DNA of 38,771 nucleotides, taken from Octopus bimaculoides (Eukaryota). Shown one piece after another: positions 23,775-34,737 of the stretch. The notes under the pieces are model-generated. The model saw nothing but the letters and a program-made list of their open reading frames with translations, was not told the DNA's origin and did no database searches. Where the stretch lies: assembly GCF_001194135.2 (NCBI RefSeq), contig NC_068988.1, positions 78,623,309 to 78,662,079 of the forward strand, given 5' to 3'. How positions within the stretch are numbered: position 1 is the stretch's first letter; each line of letters starts with the position of its first letter. The translations under genes were made by a program, and so were the position numbers.

Positions 23775-23957
23775 NNNNNNNNNNNNNNNNNNNNNNNNNN
23801 NNNNNNNNNNNNNNNNNNNNNNNNNNNNNNNNNNNNNNNNNNNNNNNNNNNNNNNNNNNNNNNNNNNNNNNNNNNNNNNNNNNNNNNNNNNNNNNNNNNN
23901 NNNNNNNNNNNNNNNNNNNNNNNNNNNNNNNNNNNNNNNNNNNNNNNNNNNNNNNNN

Positions 23958-23996
<39 letters not shown>

Positions 23997-23999
<3 letters not shown>

Positions 24000-25285
24000 T
24001 TGCGGCCATAATATAAGGGTTAGTAAGAACAAGCGTATTGAAATAGTTATTATATAAAATTAAGAAAACGTTGAGACTAAATATTTTATCCATATTTAGA
24101 TATATGTAATATCTATCTTTCGTTAAAATTTCAAGGGAATGGAATACATATTTCGTAAGTTATAAGGAAATAAACAAATAATTGTTCAAACTGCAACGCC
24201 CAAAAGTTAAGGGTCACTTAGAAAAACAATGAAAAATGGAACAAGAACAAAAAAGGAAACTCTTGCTATTAATATTTCGTGAACATCCCTTTAGTATCAA
24301 TGACCTCCTTACATCTGTTACCACAGGATTAATTTCTTGCAAAATGATGGAGTAATATTGTTCCATGCGAATGCGGCGAGCTGGTAGAAACTTTAGCACA
24401 CTGGACGAAATGCTCAGCGGTATTTCGTCTGTCTTTATGTTCTGAGTCTAAATTCCGCTGAGGTCGACTTTGCTTTCATCCTTTCGAAATCGATAAATTA
24501 AGTACTAGTTGCGTACTGCGTTCGATCTAATCGACTGGCTCCCTCCCCAAATTGTTCAGGCCTTGTGCCTAGAGTAGAGAAAAATATTATTCCATTCGTT
24601 TTACAATAATTCCCAGTATTCATCTTGGATCCAAAACGAACCTGAAACCACAATTCTTCTATTCAAATGACATGTTCGTGAGTCAAAAGAAGATGGGCTC
24701 TTTGATTCTTCTTGGAAATCAGGGGTTTCTTTGCCGGTGCCCAAACAAGCAACCCAGAACCTTATAACCCCCGAGAAACTGTTTTGCGCGAAACGTTGTC
24801 ATCGGAAGTGAAGCTAAACTCGTAGGATATCTCAACAACACTCTTAAACTTATCCTTCAGTGACATTCTAACGATCCTGTTTCGGTGAAGTTTAGCATCT
24901 GTCGATCCTGATTACTTAAAACGAGCTACAATTCGTTGCGCAACACTTCTGGACCTTCCTACATTAGTTGCTATCATAGATTTTGACTTGGCCTCTTGGT
25001 GAAGGCACACAATCCTTTGTTTTTCGTCACAAGACTGGTCGTCTCTCACAAGCTGCCATGTTGACTGTTGAATGTTCCAATAATGTAAGATCATAAGAAG
25101 TAACTGTTAGCACATTAACAGTCTTCTAAACAACAAATACCTCGATTAGTAGTTCATTTTCCCTAAGTGATACTTAACTTTTGGCCGCTGCAATTTGGAA
25201 GTTTGTAATTTCCTTATAACTTACGAAATCTTTATTCTATTCACTTGAAATTTTCACGAAAGATAGATATTAGATATATTCTATT
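23997..25285 (-). mobile_element. Tc1-like element with long IR/DR-type TIRs; catalytic core deleted; SINE insertions
   Basis: TA|CAGTTGCGGCC terminus. 24097-24220 is the reverse complement of 25163-25283 (~90% over the first 80 bp). Minus-strand DEKQRIVCLHQ...AKKPLISKKNQ is joined to EWNNITPSFCKKLI..RCKEVIDTKGMFTKY*. Confidence 0.88.
24373..24582 (+). mobile_element. SINE family B, full length, nested in the Tc1 element
   Basis: tRNA-like head gcggcgagctggtagaa...gagtctaaattcc, central ctttcatcctttcgaaatcgataaattaagtac block. Flanked by aatattgttccatgcg (24354-24369) and aatattattccattcg (24583-24598), 14/16 identical. Confidence 0.9.
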
Positions 25286-25294
25286 ATTCTGTTA

Positions 25295-25493
25295 TTCTTT
25301 TATTTGTTTAAGTTATATGACTGCGGTCATACTATAGCACCGCCTTTTGTCGATCAAATTGACCCCAGGACTTATTATTTGTAAGCCTAGTACTTATTCC
25401 ATCGTTCTCTTTTGCTAAACCGCTAATTTACGGTGACAAAAACACACCAACATGGGTTGTCAAGCGATGGTGGGTGGACAAACTCAGAAACAT

Positions 25494-25551
<58 letters not shown>

Positions 25552-25558
25552 GACGAGC
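25295..25558 (-). mobile_element. SINE family A, 3' half (5' half lost in gap)
   Basis: Reverse complement aligns with 9050-9245; internal (CA)n(TA)n and gacgagc as in the 30800 copy. Confidence 0.88.
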
Positions 25559-26016
25559 NNNNNNNNNNNNNNNNNNNNNNNNNNNNNNNNNNNNNNNNNN
25601 NNNNNNNNNNNNNNNNNNNNNNNNNNNNNNNNNNNNNNNNNNNNNNNNNNNNNNNNNNNNNNNNNNNNNNNNNNNNNNNNNNNNNNNNNNNNNNNNNNNN
25701 NNNNNNNNNNNNNNNNNNNNNNNNNNNNNNNNNNNNNNNNNNNNNNNNNNNNNNNNNNNNNNNNNNNNNNNNNNNNNNNNNNNNNNNNNNNNNNNNNNNN
25801 NNNNNNNNNNNNNNNNNNNNNNNNNNNNNNNNNNNNNNNNNNNNNNNNNNNNNNNNNNNNNNNNNNNNNNNNNNNNNNNNNNNNNNNNNNNNNNNNNNNN
25901 NNNNNNNNNNNNNNNNNNNNNNNNNNNNNNNNNNNNNNNNNNNNNNNNNNNNNNNNNNNNNNNNNNNNNNNNNNNNNNNNNNNNNNNNNNNNNNNNNNNN
26001 NNNNNNNNNNNNNNNN

Positions 26017-26058
<42 letters not shown>

Positions 26059-26469
26059 CATATGTATTTGTACTGAGTTCAATATCAGATTATGTTTGGA
26101 TTATGTACTTTATAATTCCTACTTTACTTTTTATAGATATGTCGAGTACAATCCAGCACGCGTTCAGGCTCAAAATAAAACGGCTATTCTTAGAGACAAA
26201 GCGAGAAAGCACAAGCGAAAAACGAGAGCTATAAACAAACAAACAAACAAACAAACAAGGAAATAACAGCTAAGAGGGAAAGAGAGATAATAGTTTTATC
26301 ACTTTGGTCCATTAGAAGGAAAGTAGTTTATATACGGCGTGACAATAGTCAGTGAAGTTAATCCGATGGGGAAAAGGCTAAAGTTTCTAAGTTTGTAAGC
26401 CTAATCCGGAGAGGGTGTTGTTATCCAGGTGGATATCAGAAACTTGTCGAGTGGTATAAGAAAATCTTT

Positions 26470-26990
26470 AATAGCCTTTCCATGATCGTTTCTTAAACCT
26501 GTTGCCCTAACATGAAAAGCATTATTACACGTAAGTCACACCAAGGATCCACACCAAATGCAACTTCAGGAACCGTGATACTGACCTACCAAAACCTGGT
26601 AAGCTCAACTGTATACGAAATAGTTAGCTCACTTCTGTTCTGCCATGTAACGAAACTATATATATTGGACGGTGTGCAATATAGATGTATCTACGCTAAT
26701 CACCAATCTTCTTCCCGGCACGTAGACAAAAGGAAAAGTACGATGCTAGGTAGCCACCTCTGGGGCCTGAAAGTTAGAAATACTTCATGCACTATATCCG
26801 GAGCCGTTTAGACATAACTACGCCATACGTCAATAGGGTAAGAAGGTGTAGGATTTGTGTAGCTGAAAGAACACTTATCCTTTTTAAATCAAAGGACTTC
26901 ATAGACCTACTGAACGTGAGAATGGACATTTTAATAAGATATAAACATCTCGACATGTCACTACTATCGAAGTGGGGAACACCGCACTCT
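26470..26990 (+). mobile_element. Penelope-like element fragment, linker plus GIY-YIG region C-terminus
   Basis: CCPNMKSII; STMLGSHLWGLKVRNTSCTI; RRCRICVAERTLILFKSKDFIDLLNVRMDILIRYKH (C.LC..EK..I....LLN.RSE....CRH-like). Confidence 0.7.
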
Positions 26991-27149
26991 CTTCCCTTTC
27001 TGGATCAGGCATACAGAAAAGGTTTTAATTTGAACGAACTAGATGTGATACCTTATATAAACTTCATGCATAATTGAGAATTAATGGAGCACAAACGAGC
27101 AGTATTTTAACCGCAATTCAAATGGTAAGTATATTTACGGGTAATAATT

Positions 27150-28150
27150 TCACCAAGTCGGAAGGAGGGAAGTTATATGCGATATCAGTGGTGGAAGAAT
27201 AGAAGTTTATCAGTGTTCTAATAAAATGTGTGATTGCACTGGTGCTGCAGAAATTTCTAAAGCTGCATCCAAGTTTATCGAGCGGATGAAGAATTCTACG
27301 TTAAAGAAAGATTATACCAACAAATTTTTCTTATATGGCTTCTCTCATTTGTAGTTCTGTCTATCTTGGAAAAAAATCGTTCTTGCCTGAATATAACAAG
27401 CATCATATAATAGTGTGAATATGAAAATGTTGGACAATCTAAATAAACTGAATTATTAAAAATGCATCTACGTTGATTGGATAGCTTATACACATAATTT
27501 AAGGGCCCATTCGATTTATGAAATGGCTAATATAGAACATTGGCAAGTTTGACGGTAACATACAGGAAAGAAAAAACAGAAGTGTTTGTTGCAGTAATTG
27601 TGGAAGTATTATTTTTTTAAGATTATGCAATTCTTTTTTTAGTCAGTCGGAGTATTATGAGTTGCTTTGGTAGATCATCTTTTACTGTTGGTAGAAATCC
27701 GTCTGCCCTTTGGTTAATTCTTTTGGTTAAATCAGTACAATACGATAAGATCTATAATCTCTACCGAAATATTGATTTCCAGGTTGACATCCAGTAGAAT
27801 TTGAGAAGTTTTCCTAATGCAGAGTAAATTATTAAAGTTAATTGTAATTTCCCCAGTTAACAAGGTAGTATCAATATAAAACTGGACAATGTGGGTAGTA
27901 ACAGAGTTGTCAATTTAGATTGCTTTGCGAAGCTAGGAATAATAGATTCACAGTCATTACAAATATATCAAACTGAATGAAGTAAGTAGTAAGTTATTTG
28001 TGAGGTTATGAAATCAAACGAGTTGTTAATTGCTTCAATAGTTTTCCTAATGTAAAGTTGTAGATGATTTTTATGAGAATGTAAAATATATAGAACGATC
28101 TTACAGGGCTTACATTAAAGTCAACTTTTATGGGATTTGAGGTTAAAGTA
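27150..28150 (-). mobile_element. Decayed Penelope-like RT plus linker fragment
   Basis: YFIQFDI; VKDDL; TITATNTSVFSFLYVTVKLANVLY*PFHKSNGPLNYVYKLSNQ (V.FLDVTL.L....Y.P..KPN....Y...SNHP-like); RKICWYN (WFNPP-like); NTDKL.YSST. Confidence 0.75.
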
Positions 28151-28788
28151 GTTTAGGAAGCAGAGTTTCAGTGCGTACATTTATTTAGTGTTTACTTGTA
28201 GGTTTAAGTCTGAATTTGAATTTTGGTCTTGTCGGAGTAACCTGTAACTACAAATTATTTACATACACCTTTCTTACGTTGATTCATTGTAACTGGGCCT
28301 CGACAAACCATAAACAATATAGATATTCCTACAAATATATTGCCACCGCTAACATACACTGATTTTTTCAAAATCTTAATACAAAGAACTAAGGATTTGA
28401 GCAAACGAAATGGATGGCGAGCCTGTCTCACTGATAATCAACGTAAGAAAGATCAAATACACTCAAGGTTTCAAGACTTACACAAAGCTACCTGAAAAAT
28501 CTCTTTCAAACAATCTGAGGATCATTTATTTATATTGCTTAAAAAAATCAGTGTTTACAAAAAATATATGATTATTTCATAAGAATCTGTTTACATGGAT
28601 ATAAAAATATCGGTAAATCAATGCTAACTATGTATACTCTGACAATACAGTTACTTTCTATTACCTGGACTACGGTTCTTTGTTCAATGGCTTAACAAAA
28701 AATTACAAACTTAACTCTTATATATTTATCCTGATAAACAACCACATAACACATCAGCAATGATCGAAGCCGTGACACTATCATATAC

Positions 28789-28840
<52 letters not shown>

Positions 28841-30302
28841 TACATGCATACATACATACATACCGATATATATNNNNNNNNNNNNNNNNNNNNNNNNNNN
28901 NNNNNNNNNNNNNNNNNNNNNNNNNNNNNNNNNNNNNNNNNNNNNNNNNNNNNNNNNNNNNNNNNNNNNNNNNNNNNNNNNNNNNNNNNNNNNNNNNNNN
29001 NNNNNNNNNNNNNNNNNNNNNNNNNNNNNNNNNNNNNNNNNNNNNNNNNNNNNNNNNNNNNNNNNNNNNNNNNNNNNNNNNNNNNNNNNNNNNNNNNNNN
29101 NNNNNNNNNNNNNNNNNNNNNNNNNNNNNNNNNNNNNNNNNNNNNNNNNNNNNNNNNNNNNNNNNNNNNNNNNNNNNNNNNNNNNNNNNNNNNNNNNNNN
29201 NNNNNNNNNNNNNNNNNNNNNNNNNNNNNNNNNNNNNNNNNNNNNNNNNNNNNNNNNNNNNNNNNNNNNNNNNNNNNNNNNNNNNNNNNNNNNNNNNNNN
29301 NNNNNNNNNNNNNNNNNNNNNNNNNNNNNNNNNNNNNNNNNNNNNNNNNNNNNNNNNNNNNNNNNNNNNNNNNNNNNNNNNNNNNNNNNNNNNNNNNNNN
29401 NNNNNNNNNNNNNNNNNNNNNNNNNNNNNNNNNNNNNNNNNNNNNNNNNNNNNNNNNNNNNNNNNNNNNNNNNNNNNNNNNNNNNNNNNNNNNNNNNNNN
29501 NNNNNNNNNNNNNNNNNNNNNNNNNNNNNNNNNNNNNNNNNNNNNNNNNNNNNNNNNNNNNNNNNNNNNNNNNNNNNNNNNNNNNNNNNNNNNNNNNNNN
29601 NNNNNNNNNNNNNNNNNNNNNNNNNNNNNNNNNNNNNNNNCATTACAATCATCACATTTCATCGTCATCAAATTTTTCTTCTAATCTATCACTGTTATAA
29701 CATATAAATATATAAATCTCTTGATAGCATAATTAGTAGTGCCTATGACAGTATATATCTTGTGTTATTTCTGTACTTCTATTATATTCTGGGTTCATAT
29801 CTTGCCCTACGTTCTTTGGTTGTTAGCTGTTCGCGGTCAGTAAAATTAATAGTAACGAATTAAAATGTACTGGATCAGTATAATTGACTATAAATTACAA
29901 GTTGATGTCATCATCACTGACACTAGCGAAAGGGAGGATCTAATAAATATAGATTCACTGCGTAGAATACAATATTTATGTAAGTACATCCAAAATCTCT
30001 CAGTTTTTTACAAATATTACGTCAAAATATTTGATGAACTATAAACATGACAATAGTTATATATAAATTACACACACACAATTACACACGCGCGCACATA
30101 CACACAGACACTTACTCACATACATAATATATATACACATATATATAAAGTACTTGGACTTCAAACGCGCCGAAACTATAATGATTCTGGACTCCATAGC
30201 TGAAGAGAAGGCTTTCATACTTACTTGTACTTTTTCGCTAATCGTTTCTATGTTCGATTTTGATTTTCACAAAGTAATACAAACACACACACGCACACAC
30301 AC

Positions 30303-30333
<31 letters not shown>

Positions 30334-30799
30334 TTAAATATATATACATATATACACATACATATGTACATACATTTATACATACATATATACATATATA
30401 TGCATATATATATATATANNNNNNNNNNNNNNNNNNNNNNNNNNNNNNNNNNNNNNNNNNNNNNNNNNNNNNNNNNNNNNNNNNNNNNNNNNNNNNNNNN
30501 NNNNNNNNNNNNNNNNNNNNNNNNNNNNNNNNNNNNNNNNNNNNNNNNNNNNNNNNNNNNNNNNNNNNNNNNNNNNNNNNNNNNNNNNNNNNNNNNNNNN
30601 NNNNNNNNNNNNNNNNNNNNNNNNNNNNNNNNNNNNNNNNNNNNNNNNNNNNNNNNNNNNNNNNNNNNNNNNNNNNNNNNNNNNNNNNNNNNNNNNNNNN
30701 NNNNNNNNNNNNNNNNNNNNNNNNNNNNNNNNNNNNNNNNNNNNNNNNNNNNNNNNNNNNNNNNNNNNNNNNNNNNNNNNNNNNNNNNNNNNNNNNNNN

Positions 30800-31092
30800 A
30801 TCGGTATCTTTTGCCGAACCGCTAAGTTACGGGGACATAAACACACCAGCATCGGTTGTCAAGCAATGCTAGGGGGACAAACACAGACACACAAACACAC
30901 ACACATACATATATATATACACATATATACGACGAGCTTCTTTCAGTTTACGTCTACCAAATCCACTCACAAGTCCTTGGTCGGCCCGAGGCTATAGTAG
31001 AAGACACTTGCCCAAGGTGCCACGCAGTGGGACTGAACCCGGAACCATGTGGTTGGTAAGCAAGCTACTTACCACACAGCCACTCCTGCGCC
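30800..31092 (-). mobile_element. SINE family A, well-preserved copy (3' end lost in gap)
   Basis: Head GGCGCAGGAGTGGCTGTGTGGTAAG; A box at 31072-31082; B box GGTTCAGTCCC at 31029-31039; CORE-like GGCACCTTGGGCAAGTGTCTT; internal microsatellite. Confidence 0.93.
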
Positions 31093-31249
31093 TTATATAT
31101 ATGAGATTTCAGCATCAATCTAACCTACTTTTTCCTAATCATTTTAAACAATTACATGGATTCAAATTAAATGATCCCCTAATATTTTATCCCACCTACA
31201 ATACAAAGAACATATCTGAAGCAAACACATTCAGGCACATAAGACAAGC

Positions 31250-32120
31250 ACAATTACCAAAGCATTCAAGAAAACGAACATCTCTACGAACAATGATATG
31301 AACAATGAAGCAAGAGACCTGGCCATCTTTTTGAAAAAAGAAGATCATATGGATTACCTCGCTACGCGATATTCCCAATATCTCAGGCGAAGAGCAAAAT
31401 CTCAACTTCCTTTCTAATCCTAACAGCAGGCTGGTTATCCCTTTAAGAGCAAAACAGACATTGTAAGTAAGTATATTTTCGATGCCTTCAACACTGATAT
31501 TAGAAGCACTATTGCTCGACGATGGGATCTCAGCACCACAGTAATTGTCTGGTTCTGTGAACTCGAGACGAAGCAGCTTACAATTTCACCCAGATCGATT
31601 CGTGGATTTCTACTCTTCAATATCAAAATCTCTTCTCCTGGAGGGCTCAGAATTTGGTTGGCAATTCACCAGAATCAGCGACCTCGACGTTAGCATCATC
31701 ATGAACTCTACAAGATCAATCTCAGTTCACAATGATTCCAAATGGGTGAAGAGGGAAGGCGACCCAATGTTCGACATGTCTATGGGGAGAGACGACGGAG
31801 CTGAAATCGCTGACTTTGTCGGGTTATTTATTTTGGAAACTCAAAGAACGTGTGCATATACCTATAACTCGGCCCTCTATAAGGATGATGGTTTGGCAAT
31901 CTCAGGCCATACGAACAACCACGCCATGAACAAGTTCAGGAAGGATCTGATAACAACCTTAAAAGAATTCGATCTCTTTGTAACAGTTACCATCAACTTC
32001 ACATAGGTCAACTTCCTGGACGTTATTCTAGGCTTGAAGATGACCAAGTACACTCTTACAGAAAGAGCAACGCGGAAAATGTTTACATTTATAAAAGCTC
32101 AAATCAACCCCCAACAGTAA
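31250..32120 (+). mobile_element. Penelope-like reverse transcriptase fragment
   Basis: NNEARDLA; NPNSRLVIP; DRFVDFYSSIS; KWVKREGDPMFDMSMGRDDGAEIADFVGLFIL; ALYKDDGLA; *VNFLDVIL. Disrupted by stops and frameshifts. Confidence 0.9.
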
Positions 32121-33744
32121 TTAGTTATTCATGCTGTAAATAATTATTCATGCTGCCATGTCAATGTTAACGATTAACCTGCATGAATAATTGGATTTCA
32201 CGGATATTATAAACAAATTTCAACAAATTTAGGTTTACATAACAAATCACCAAACTAGAAAAGATTGTGCTTGTCTCCTTGTTTCTACTATAGCGGTGAT
32301 GTTATCCAATGGTGCAGCACCAGTTGTTTTATGATACGAATAGCTTATTGCACTTTTCAACATCAGTTTTATGAACATCACAATGAAGAGGGGATTATAA
32401 TGTTTATCTCTAATATTTACCGGTTCGTCGGGGCTGCTTGGCTATAAACTGCTGGTCTAAGATACAGTGCTAGAAGTTCTGTCAGTCTAAAATAAATCCA
32501 TGATTGATATGGATCAATGCAAGGGAAACTGCATATGAATATGCTAGGTCAACCCAGACAAAACGAAGGTCCTTTGTGTGTGTGTGTGCACCCGTATGTA
32601 TGTGTACGTGTGCATGCACACGTGTATGAGAATGCCTGTGAACATCAGCGTGAAATTAAACATATTTGGTATGTCATTCACAGATGATTTTCTTTTCGTC
32701 TGTTACAGAGTCAATAAAAATAATCATCAATGTATTGGCTATATATATTTTAACGATTAGGAGAAAAGCGTGTGCTTGTATGTGTACGTGTTTGAGACTG
32801 TATGTATACGTACACATAAATATACATATTAAATCTATTCTTTCTCCGTCTCTCGTCATCTATCTCTCACTTTATCTCTCTTCCTTTCTCTCTCTCTCTC
32901 TCTTGCTCTTTCTCTCTCTTGCTCTTTCTCTCTACAATCACACATGTATATACACATAAGCATATGTGTGAATACAAGTATATGTACATACTGTACACAT
33001 ACATGCATATACATGTAAGCGATCACTTACAAATACTACACATGTATGTATGTATGTATGTATGTATGTATGTATGTATGTATGTATTCGTGTATATCAT
33101 ACACTATACAGTGCAAATGGTAACGATTTTCTCGCTAGTAGACTTACTGGCTCCAACGTAATTCTGTTCATTTATTGAATCACCAGATGAAACTATTACG
33201 TTATTGTATCTGTGCTATTATTAGACAAAATTCTTACAAGGTTTTATGTGAGCCCCCACTAGCATACATTGGCACTCATTTACATATCGAATACGTATAG
33301 CATTGAGGGCAAGTAACTATCAATTTGTATGTGTCATTAAGAAATTATAATGCAGAAAATTACATTAATAAAGTAACCTGTATTATGTTATATATTAACT
33401 AGCACACCCATATTGTCAAAAACGCCGAAAGTTTTATTAATGATAGAAAACGGGATATCAATACAATCAGAGAAACCATTGCTAAATGCCAGCAATTTAG
33501 TAAATATAGGTACATACAAGGAATCGAAGCACTTGAAGAATCTGATGCGGTTGTAAACTCCCGGTTGAAAATATCGCCTACATAATGTGTGTATGTATGT
33601 ATGTATGTATGAACGTATGTGTGTATATACGTATGTATGTATATATGTATGTATGCATGTATATATAGTTATATCTATATCTATTTCTACACACACACAC
33701 ACGTGCACACACAAACACACACACACACACACACGCACACACAC

Positions 33745-33785
<41 letters not shown>

Positions 33786-34365
33786 NNNNNNNNNNNNNNN
33801 NNNNNNNNNNNNNNNNNNNNNNNNNNNNNNNNNNNNNNNNNNNNNNNNNNNNNNNNNNNNNNNNNNNNNNNNNNNNNNNNNNNNNNNNNNNNNNNNNNNN
33901 NNNNNNNNNNNNNNNNNNNNNNNNNNNNNNNNNNNNNNNNNNNNNNNNNNNNNNNNNNNNNNNNNNNNNNNNNNNNNNNNNNNNNNNNNNNNNNNNNNNN
34001 NNNNNNNNNNNNNNNNNNNNNNNNNNNNNNNNNNNNNNNNNNNNNNNNNNNNNNNNNNNNNNNNNNNNNNNNNNNNNNNNNNNNNNNNNNNNNNNNNNNN
34101 NNNNNNNNNNNNNNNNNTATTTTGCTTAAAAGAGTTCCAACACTGTCTGTTTTTTATGTTTTATTTATATTCCTGCAGAACTAATGTGGGGTATAGAATA
34201 TGGAATATACAATATATAATATGATATACAATATACAATATAAAATAAAATAACATAAAAATGGATGGCACCCTGAAAGAAAGTATTGAATGTAGATGAA
34301 ATATTGAGTGTTCAATATAAAGGATCAAATATATAAATATATAAATATAAATATATATATATAAA

Positions 34366-34405
34366 GGCGACTCGAGTTTCAGGGCTATTTCCCTTCGTCA
34401 TGGCC
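34366..34405 (-). ncRNA. Minimal type-I hammerhead-ribozyme-like motif
   Basis: Minus strand reads GGC CATGACGA AGGG-AAATAG-CCCT GAAA CTCGAG TC GCC: 3-bp stem I, core one edit from CTGACGA, 4-bp stem II, ACTCGAGT palindrome, GTC site. Confidence 0.55.
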
Positions 34406-34737
34406 GGTATGACAGACTTTAACAGACTGTATATATATATATATATATATACATATAGCCTTGGCCAAAATTATTAGGCCTCCCTAATGTTTTGGGGTTC
34501 TGCTATCTCAATGTTAATGAAACACGTGCACATATTAGGTAATGGTATATTTCACAATATACAATAGTTTTAATATCTGGCTGACCCTCCTTTAGCATTA
34601 GTTACCGCTTTTATACTGTGCTGTACAAATGCAACCAATTATGAGTAAGACCAACGTCCAAAATTAACTTACGTTTCCTTGATTATTTCAGAGTTTTATG
34701 CTAAAATACGTTGTAGATACAGTTTGTAAACAGTAAA

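Noticed and set aside
26470-28150. L1-style twin-priming 5' inversion
   Set aside because: The inverted RT piece lies downstream of the 3' piece, the opposite of twin-priming geometry.
30168-30212. Type-II hammerhead permutation (GCCGAAAC...CTGAAGAG)
   Set aside because: No UH cleavage site or stem I between stem III and the core; stem II pairs only 1 bp in register.
31010-31092. tRNA gene
   Set aside because: A/B boxes belong to a SINE head that continues into the SINE body; no cloverleaf or acceptor stem.
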